Below, one piece after another: positions 36,383 to 47,862 of a stretch of 47,862 nucleotides of DNA (its first letter is position 1; the number at the start of each line of letters is the position of its first letter). Source of the stretch: Candidatus Woesebacteria bacterium. Lineage in GTDB: Bacteria > Patescibacteriota > Microgenomatia > UBA1400 > UBA12028. The DNA is taken from positions 108,613 through 156,474 of the forward strand of contig JBDTWD010000002.1 in assembly GCA_040006915.1 (NCBI GenBank). The letters are read 5' to 3'. The notes under the pieces are model-generated. The model was not told the origin of the DNA, searched no databases, and was given only the letters and a program-made list of their open reading frames with translations. The position numbers and the translations under genes are program-made.

Positions 36383-38527
36383 ATGCCCGAGAACGTATCT
36401 ATCACCTTTGAGGTCCGAAATCATCGAGAAAGCCTCGAGGGGGCGGCAGCTGCTGGACAACTCTTTGCCAGCCTTCCTGCTACCCCAACTGGTTTATTAA
36501 ACCTCTTTTCCCATGCACCAAGCATTACTATCGAGTTTTTTAGCCAAGGACAGACAATCTATACTTTCTTGACTGTTCCTAAGCCTCTTGAGCACTATAT
36601 CCATGCTCAACTTACCTCAAGTTATCCTGAGGCTCTGATCACCCCTCTCGCTCATAACCCTCTGGATGAATTCAAAAAAGAGCTGCCGAAGGCAATATAT
36701 CCAGTACGTTTATCCGCTCCGTCATACCTTCCATTGCAGACAATTATGGCTAACCCCAGTGCAGATACCCTTTCTGCTCTCTTTTCCACGCTCTCAAAAC
36801 TAATGCCTGAGGAATCAGCAATTGTGCAGTTTTCCATCCGAAAAGCTAAAAACTCGTGGAAACAAACTGGGTATCGAGTTGCCAACAGAGCTGCCACGGC
36901 AGAGAGTACACCCCACCCACACAAAGAAGCGATTTTAAAGAAGATTGGTCAGCCTGGATTCGACGTAGATCTACGAATTTTGGCTCAATCGGCGACCATC
37001 GAAAGATCCAAACAAATAGCAAAGGAAATTGGACATTCCTTGAGTATTTTTTCCAGCGAATCAAATTCATTGGTCATCAAATCCCCACTCTTAGGAAAAG
37101 ATCGGCTAGTGAAACTGACAGTGAACAGAGTACCGCAGTACGGCAAATTGTATCTCTCCCAAGAAGAGCTATCACTTCTCTGTCATCTCCCTAACAAGTT
37201 AACGGCATCTGTGCGTAACATCGCCTGGGGCAAGTCTCTGCGCGGTGAACCACCGGATACTCTGCCGACCTTTACCAGTGTTCCAGAGGCTGAGCGCAAC
37301 GATGTCAATTTGTTTGCCAAGACAGAGCTCAAAAATACTCAAGCAATCTTTGGCATCAAGCGTGAGGATCGACGCCGACATATGTATGCGATTGGAAAAA
37401 GCGGCACAGGAAAGTCTACTCTGCTAGCCAACATGATCATCAATGATTTAAAGCATGATGAAGGAATCGCGGTTATTGATCCCCATGGGGATCTTATCGA
37501 CACAATCATGGACTACATTCCAAAACATCGAATCAATGATGTTATCTATCTTGACCCTGCTGATCCAGTCGCAGTCGTTAAAATCAATTTGTTTGAAGGC
37601 GGAACTGAAGTACATCGAGAATTGATCGCCTCTGGTATCGTCGCCATCTTTCAAAAGATGTATGCCAACTCTTGGGGACCACGGCTTGAATATATCTTGC
37701 GTAATACCCTCCTTACCCTTCTGTCCCGAGAAGCGAAGCTTGAGGACGTATTAAAAATGCTGACCAATGAAAAGTATCGAGATCGAGTGGTTGCTGAATT
37801 ACAGGATGAAGTGTTAAAGAACTTCTGGGAGAAAGAGTTTAACCCTATGCAGGAGCGACTGAGAACCGAGGCCATCTCCCCAATTCTCAATAAAGTGGGA
37901 CAGTTTGTCACATCTCCGATTATTCGCGATGTAGTCAATGTCCAGCATAGTTCGATCAATATCGAGGACATCATGGATCAAGGGAAAATATTATTAATCA
38001 ACGTCTCTCAAGGAAAACTGGGAGAAGATAATGCAGCCCTACTAGGGGCTATGTTAATCACCAAGATTCAACTTGCAGCTATGAACCGAGTCTACAAGGC
38101 TGAAGCAGATCGCAAAGACTTTTATCTCTATATCGATGAATTCCAAAACTTTGCGACCACCAGTTTCATCAAGATCCTTTCTGAAGCTAGAAAATATCGA
38201 CTAAATCTCATTCTTGCCAATCAGTACATGGAACAAATCCCACCTGAAGTGAAGTCAGCTATTTTCGGGAATGCTGGAACAATCGCTAGCTTTATCTTGG
38301 GTGCTGCTGATGCAGCTCAGCTGCAGCAAGAATATGGAAATATGTATACACAAGATGACCTGGTCTCTTTAAGTCGCTATCAAATCATCACGAAACTAAT
38401 GATCGACGGAACTGTTTCCCGCCCGTTTCCAGCCACTACACTGTCTTTAGCTGCTTCAAAAAACCAAAATCGTGAGAAGGTTTTGCGTGCTTCCCGTGAA
38501 CAATACGCCAAAAAGAAGGTGATGTAG
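36383..38527 (+). CDS. VirD4/TraG/TrwB-like (HerA-FtsK superfamily) ATPase
   Basis: DRRRHMYAIGKSGTGKS, IDPHGDL, WGPRLEYILRN, YIDEFQNF, LSEARKYRL...ANQY. Confidence 0.9.
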   Translation: MPENVSITFEVRNHRESLEGAAAAGQLFASLPATPTGLLNLFSHAPSITIEFFSQGQTIYTFLTVPKPLEHYIHAQLTSSYPEALITPLAHNPLDEFKKELPKAIYPVRLSAPSYLPLQTIMANPSADTLSALFSTLSKLMPEESAIVQFSIRKAKNSWKQTGYRVANRAATAESTPHPHKEAILKKIGQPGFDVDLRILAQSATIERSKQIAKEIGHSLSIFSSESNSLVIKSPLLGKDRLVKLTVNRVPQYGKLYLSQEELSLLCHLPNKLTASVRNIAWGKSLRGEPPDTLPTFTSVPEAERNDVNLFAKTELKNTQAIFGIKREDRRRHMYAIGKSGTGKSTLLANMIINDLKHDEGIAVIDPHGDLIDTIMDYIPKHRINDVIYLDPADPVAVVKINLFEGGTEVHRELIASGIVAIFQKMYANSWGPRLEYILRNTLLTLLSREAKLEDVLKMLTNEKYRDRVVAELQDEVLKNFWEKEFNPMQERLRTEAISPILNKVGQFVTSPIIRDVVNVQHSSINIEDIMDQGKILLINVSQGKLGEDNAALLGAMLITKIQLAAMNRVYKAEADRKDFYLYIDEFQNFATTSFIKILSEARKYRLNLILANQYMEQIPPEVKSAIFGNAGTIASFILGAADAAQLQQEYGNMYTQDDLVSLSRYQIITKLMIDGTVSRPFPATTLSLAASKNQNREKVLRASREQYAKKKVM

Positions 38528-38533
38528 GCAAGG

Positions 38534-38569
38534 AAAAGCCCCCGCCTGACAGTATTGTCAAACAGGGGC
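38534..38569 (-). terminator. Intrinsic terminator between convergent genes
   Basis: Minus strand GCCCCTGTTTGACA-ATAC-TGTCAGGCGGGGGC-TTTT, with G-U pairs. Confidence 0.75.
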
Positions 38570-38604
38570 CTAAGTGTCATTTCTGGCCGTGAGGCTAGAA
38601 ATGA

Positions 38605-38901
38605 TTATGAATACGCCAATTTGTTACAGAGCCAGATAAATCCGGCAAGGAAAATAGCATACTTAACAACTACTACTACCGACCCTATCATTGCGGTCGC
38701 TGCGACCAGTTCCATTGTCTTTCTCCTTATTAGTCTGAGTTTTCGATTTTCGGACAAGGCTAGATCAAGTATCTTGGTCCACTCTTGCCCGAAAATCAGT
38801 GACGTATTCACTTGTAAAAGACAGCCTTCTTTATCCACTTCTCGAGGCAATCCCGAGAGAAATAAAGAAAGCATTCCAAGGTCTATTTTACCAAATTCCA
38901 C
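38605..38901 (-). CDS. Small hypothetical protein with C-terminal TM
   Basis: C-terminal hydrophobic stretch; followed by a minus-strand terminator. Confidence 0.45.
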   Translation of the reverse strand: MEFGKIDLGMLSLFLSGLPREVDKEGCLLQVNTSLIFGQEWTKILDLALSENRKLRLIRRKTMELVAATAMIGSVVVVVKYAIFLAGFIWLCNKLAYS

Positions 38902-39214
38902 TCAAGAAGTCAAAGCTATAGGCTTATTTCTAACGCACCAGAGGAGAAACTTCTCTTCACTCCTGACTGCTAATCAAAAATAGAGCTTTTAATACTGATA
39001 TATCAATATTAATCTGATTTTAACCTCATGTTTTCTAAAAGTGTGTTTTCCAAATCAGGTTTTGGGTTATTTGGGATTTTTCGTCTTATATCGCAAACGC
39101 ATACATGTTCTTTCACGATACCGCAAGACCTGCGTTCATCGCATGAAACACGGTATATAAGTCTGCGGAAATGCTTTCTCTGAGGATATTGATGCAAAAA
39201 TATGTATGAGACGA

Positions 39215-39907
39215 TTAGATAATCGCACGCAAAAAAAGGTGGTTCAAGGTCGATAACCTACAATTTTGAGGATAATATTCCTCTGGAATGCGGTAATTGC
39301 GTGAAAGTAAGTCGATTATTCCTTCAAAACTCTTCTTGAGTAATAGTCTGTATGCAGCAGTAACGCGGTGATTTTTCTTGGATCGAGCATCTATAAGTTT
39401 TTTCAAAAACTGTGTGACAACTGTACTCGTAGATATATATTCTTCCGTTAAATATGATGGCAATAGCTCAGGAGTCTGAGACTCTACAATCAAGAGAGAG
39501 TGATATATCTTTCGTGGTAAGAGCCCTAGTTCTTCTCGATGAAATGAACCAAAGCGCAAATATACACCTGCCTTGATGGAGAAAAATCCGAACTTAAGTA
39601 TCTTAGGAATAGATTTACCAGAGATAACGATGACACATTCCTCGGGTTTATTCTGTATTCCTGACTGAAATACAGAATAAGCTTCTAGAAGCCCTTTTTT
39701 GGTTATCTGGTAGGTTTTCCCTTCCTGACCATCCTGTTCTTCAATAAACCCAAGGTTTAGAAACTCCATGACAATCCCCCTCACCGTACTAGGCGCTAAT
39801 GGCAATCGTTCATACAACTCTATATACGCATAGGCTTTAGAAACTTTCTCACCCGCAAGAATGCCAAGAGAAAACAAATACAGAACCATGAGTTTACTTT
39901 TCTTCAT
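39215..39907 (-). CDS. Winged-helix (PaaX-like) DNA-binding protein
   Basis: STVRG...F...GFIE......YQITKKG wing; KFGFFSIKAGVY resembles the PaaX central domain. Confidence 0.55.
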   Translation of the reverse strand: MKKSKLMVLYLFSLGILAGEKVSKAYAYIELYERLPLAPSTVRGIVMEFLNLGFIEEQDGQEGKTYQITKKGLLEAYSVFQSGIQNKPEECVIVISGKSIPKILKFGFFSIKAGVYLRFGSFHREELGLLPRKIYHSLLIVESQTPELLPSYLTEEYISTSTVVTQFLKKLIDARSKKNHRVTAAYRLLLKKSFEGIIDLLSRNYRIPEEYYPQNCRLSTLNHLFLRAII

Positions 39908-40166
39908 ATGTATTTCCTGTGGATAAAGAGTTTTATTACTCTAGTAGTAGTTATAATTGTTTTATTTAACAGTAAAATAAATAATACAACACAACAATTC
40001 ACAGTACAATTGGAGTTGTGCACAGCTCCGAGAAAAACTGTATGATTGATACAGTTTGATCACTTATATATGATATGAAAACAAATTCCGAAACGAAGAA
40101 AGACCAATTTTAGTGAATGATTCTACTCATCAATGTTTTTTGAAGAAAAAAGTTTTAGCACTCACG

Positions 40167-40430
40167 TCACTGATGAACACCGATATACACTTCTACTCGA
40201 TTTTCACTTGCACGTAAGATTCCATTGCTGACTTGAATCTCTGTTTTTGTGCCATCCGGCCGCTGGAGTATTAATCTCTGCTCTACCAAAGAAATAAAAT
40301 TTCCATGAAGCGGTAGGATGTCAAAAATACCCTTTTCATTGCGTGAACTGATGGAGACAACATCTTCGTTAAATAAAACGTTTTCGCGGTTGCGTATGAA
40401 CACGTGAAGTACTTTTGAAGTATCTGACAT
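40167..40430 (-). CDS. atpC: F1 epsilon-like subunit (N-terminal beta domain only)
   Basis: GIFDILPLHGNFIS, VSNGIL; 87 aa; last gene of the operon. Confidence 0.8.
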   Translation of the reverse strand: MSDTSKVLHVFIRNRENVLFNEDVVSISSRNEKGIFDILPLHGNFISLVEQRLILQRPDGTKTEIQVSNGILRASENRVEVYIGVHQ

Positions 40431-40433
40431 ACG

Positions 40434-42676
<2,243 letters not shown>

Positions 42677-42687
<11 letters not shown>

Positions 42688-44146
42688 AGCGTACCCCCAT
42701 ACTATCTGAACTGGTCTTGGCTTTGTTGGTCACATCCTGAAAGGTGGCACTTGAAGAGATCATGTCGTCAATAGTTTTTTTAAACGTCGCATCCTTTTGA
42801 TATCGATCCACAATCGTCCGTAAGATCGGTTTCAACTTGATTCCAGTCTGATCAGACCATAGCCCTGTCCAGAGGAGAGCTAAGGTATACACATTGACTG
42901 CCATTGGGACAATTTCATTGGGAAGTTGTTGAAAGAAAACCGAGATCCGTTCCCCAAGTCCAATGGCATCACGGACACTTTGACTGACCTCTGATCCGAA
43001 GTGGGTATATTGTTTAATACGCTCGTAATACACGAGAAAGCTCGAGAGTTGCCGAGACAAATCCCGAAGCAGTGGGGTCTGGGCTTGTAAACCAACACGA
43101 GTAACGGATAAGAATGGGTTGACTGCTGGACGTCTTCCTTGATCAAATAACTGCATATCAAAAAAGATATGTCCATCAGTCATCGACATGACATTGGTGG
43201 TGATATATCCCGCCAGATCACCAATCACTGACTGGACAACTGGGAGACAGGTAATTGAAGTACTTCCGGTTCCGACTTTAAAATTTCCTCCCCGCTCTAA
43301 AAGTCTCGCATGGGTATAGAAAATATCACCAGGATATGCGCTTCTCCCTGGGAAGCGACGTAAAAGTAAACTGATCTCACGATAAATATTGGCGTGTGCC
43401 GTTAAATCATCAAATACCACCAAACTATCTTGACCCTGATCTCTAAAATACTCTGCAATCGTTATTGCACTGTAGGGAGCCAAGAACTGTAAACCCGAGC
43501 TTTCTGTTGAGGTAGCTGCCACAATCACTGTTTTATCGCGAATTCCATTTTTGCTAAAATTCTCCTCTAGATGCTTGATATCCGTTTCACGTTTCCCCAC
43601 CGCACAATAAATACAAATCACTCCCATCCTCGCTTGAGAAATCACGGTTTGTAAGAGAAACGACGTCTTTCCACTTTTTCGGTCGCCAATCACTAGCTCT
43701 CTTTGCCCACGGGCCAAAGGGACAACGGTATCGACCACGCTGACTCCAGTCTCCAGGGTTTTATCAATTGGAGCTCGGACCATGATTCCACCTGGTCTGG
43801 TATCAATCGAACGCGTCTCGGTAGCCACAATTGGTTCAATAGAATCAAGTCGATCACCCATGGGAGAGATCGTCGTTCCACACACACCCACTCCAACCGG
43901 AATTTGTAATCGTTCATTAGTACGAGCAACCTTCGTTCCTACTTTCACTGGAGTGTTGGTAAACAGAATCAGATCGACTCGATCACGAGACATACCAATG
44001 ACTTGTCCTTGGGTGTTGTCTTCCAGAATTACCAGCTCGAACAATTTCACTTTTGGCAATCCTTGAACCGAAACGATGCCAGGACGAAGTTCGACTACGT
44101 AGCCAATTTCTCCCGTCGATTCTAGATATGTTGAGAACTGCTTCAT
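42677..44146 (-). CDS. atpA: F1 ATPase alpha subunit (divergent)
   Basis: RGQRELVIGDRKSGKT, YREISLLLRRFPGRSAYPGDIFY.HARLLER, SMTDG, SVTRVG. Confidence 0.95.
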
Positions 44147-44601
44147 ACGGTTTTCAATAGCGAAATATAATTGGAGAGAATGGGTTGCAGCTTGAGTGAG
44201 TCCAAGCTTTTTCTCATCGTATGATCAAGGACAGTCCCACTCTCACTGATCATCACCCCGGCAATCACAGCTTCATCCGTTTCAATTTCTAAGAGGCATC
44301 CGCCTTTACCCTCTTGAGCTCGAATTGTCTCAGCTAACTTTTCAATCAAACTGTGACTCGGTTCAAACGCTAAGGTCAAACGAACAACAGGCGCAGCAAG
44401 TAATGTGGTTCTTAAGCCTTCTAAGGCCTTTCCAAGATCCGGAGCTCCTGAAACTAAAGCTTGGATCTGAGGATCCAGCGTTTTTTGACTGGCAGAAAAT
44501 ACTGACTCTTGGGCTGCTTGTACCTTTCCCAAAAATTCTTGTCTATCTTGTGTGGTAATCACGGTATTACTCAGTTTGACCGTGTCTGGCAAAGGCGTCA
44601 T
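44143..44601 (-). CDS. atpH: F1 delta/OSCP-like subunit
   Basis: C-terminal LTLAFEP...ETDEAVIAGVMI...LDHT; located before atpA. Confidence 0.7.
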   Translation of the reverse strand: MTPLPDTVKLSNTVITTQDRQEFLGKVQAAQESVFSASQKTLDPQIQALVSGAPDLGKALEGLRTTLLAAPVVRLTLAFEPSHSLIEKLAETIRAQEGKGGCLLEIETDEAVIAGVMISESGTVLDHTMRKSLDSLKLQPILSNYISLLKTV

Positions 44602-45214
44602 GCAGCTCCTCTACAACTATTCCTTCGTGATCTTCTTTGGACAATAACTTGCCAGTTGTTTGACTGACCACTTCAGAAACTATGGCATAGATATGCTCAC
44701 TTAATTCTTTCTTCGCTTGATCTTGTTGGGTTTTGATTTGAATATTCGCGTCTTGGCGCATTTTTTCTACTTCAGTACTGGCATCTTCGTACAGCTTGGC
44801 AATTTTCCCACGGATTTCTTCTTCACTTGATGTAACTTCGTTTTTTAAAGAGGTTGCAAACTCTTGCACTTGGACTTTTGATTCTCGTTCCAGCTCCTTC
44901 CCTACTTCGGCGATCACATGCTCATAGGCTCCTGATTCTTTCTGCGCTTGAGAAGACAAGAGCTTTGAGAGATCGTTTTTTAAATCCTCAGAAAGATGTG
45001 CAGACTGATCAATAATTTTTTGGATTTGTTCTTTTGAAGTTGCACTTAACAGGTTTCCATATTCATCCAGTTCTTTCTTCAAGTGATCACGATCCACACG
45101 TAATTGGTTGTAGCCTTTCAGAAGCCTGAAATAAAACATCGAGAATGCCACCACGGCCGAGATCCCTATGGCCAGGATAAACGCTTCGTACATCAAAAGT
45201 GGAGTCAATTCCAT
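44567..45214 (-). CDS. atpF: Subunit b-like peripheral-stalk protein
   Basis: One N-terminal TM plus long coiled coil ending GKLLSKEDHEGIV; located before delta. Confidence 0.6.
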   Translation of the reverse strand: MELTPLLMYEAFILAIGISAVVAFSMFYFRLLKGYNQLRVDRDHLKKELDEYGNLLSATSKEQIQKIIDQSAHLSEDLKNDLSKLLSSQAQKESGAYEHVIAEVGKELERESKVQVQEFATSLKNEVTSSEEEIRGKIAKLYEDASTEVEKMRQDANIQIKTQQDQAKKELSEHIYAIVSEVVSQTTGKLLSKEDHEGIVVEELHDAFARHGQTE

Positions 45215-45234
45215 AAGAATAATAGTAAATCAGT

Positions 45235-47795
<2,561 letters not shown>

Positions 47796-47862
47796 CTACT
47801 GACACAATGTGTGTTCAAGAAATAGGAATAAAAAACACGAAGCTACAGTAATCAGATTTTTC

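Noticed and set aside
39910-40100. Possible oriC (TGTGGATAA at 39918, TTGTGCACA near 40016, TAGTAGTAG, AT-rich stretch)
   Set aside because: Only one perfect DnaA box, trio-like repeats on the wrong side of the box for a canonical unwinding element, and no dnaA/dnaN nearby.

Overview
Chromosomal segment of a Patescibacteria/CPR bacterium, most likely Microgenomates-like. This is inferred from gene content, short leaderless-type promoters, tRNAs without encoded CCA and standard code 11. Left to right it holds: a partial CopA-type P1B-ATPase with an ArsR-YHS regulator; six tRNAs (Trp-CCA, Thr-TGT, Thr-GGT, Tyr-GTA, Arg-CCT, Pro-CGG), two of them directly preceded by related HTH/LAGLIDADG-like ORFs; rpmG; and the secE-nusG-rplK-rplA-rplJ-rplL cluster with an inserted orphan receiver protein. 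Next come a BldC/Xis-like HTH, a WecB/TagA glycosyltransferase, a degenerate MreB-like gene sharing a 17-bp bidirectional promoter with a PEGA protein, and a MoxR-like AAA / 213-aa / giant membrane transglutaminase-like operon. These are followed by ndk, a ~3.2-kb ORF-free desert, a sigma70 paralogue lacking its promoter-recognition residues, leuS, a cluster of hairpin-bounded small membrane-peptide genes and a VirD4/TraG-like ATPase. The most unusual feature is at the right end: an F1-like ATPase operon with no subunit a, a c-like hairpin without the ion-binding carboxylate fused to an exported domain, and phosphoglycerate mutase (gpmI) translationally coupled inside it. All calls come from motif reading by eye; no searches were run.
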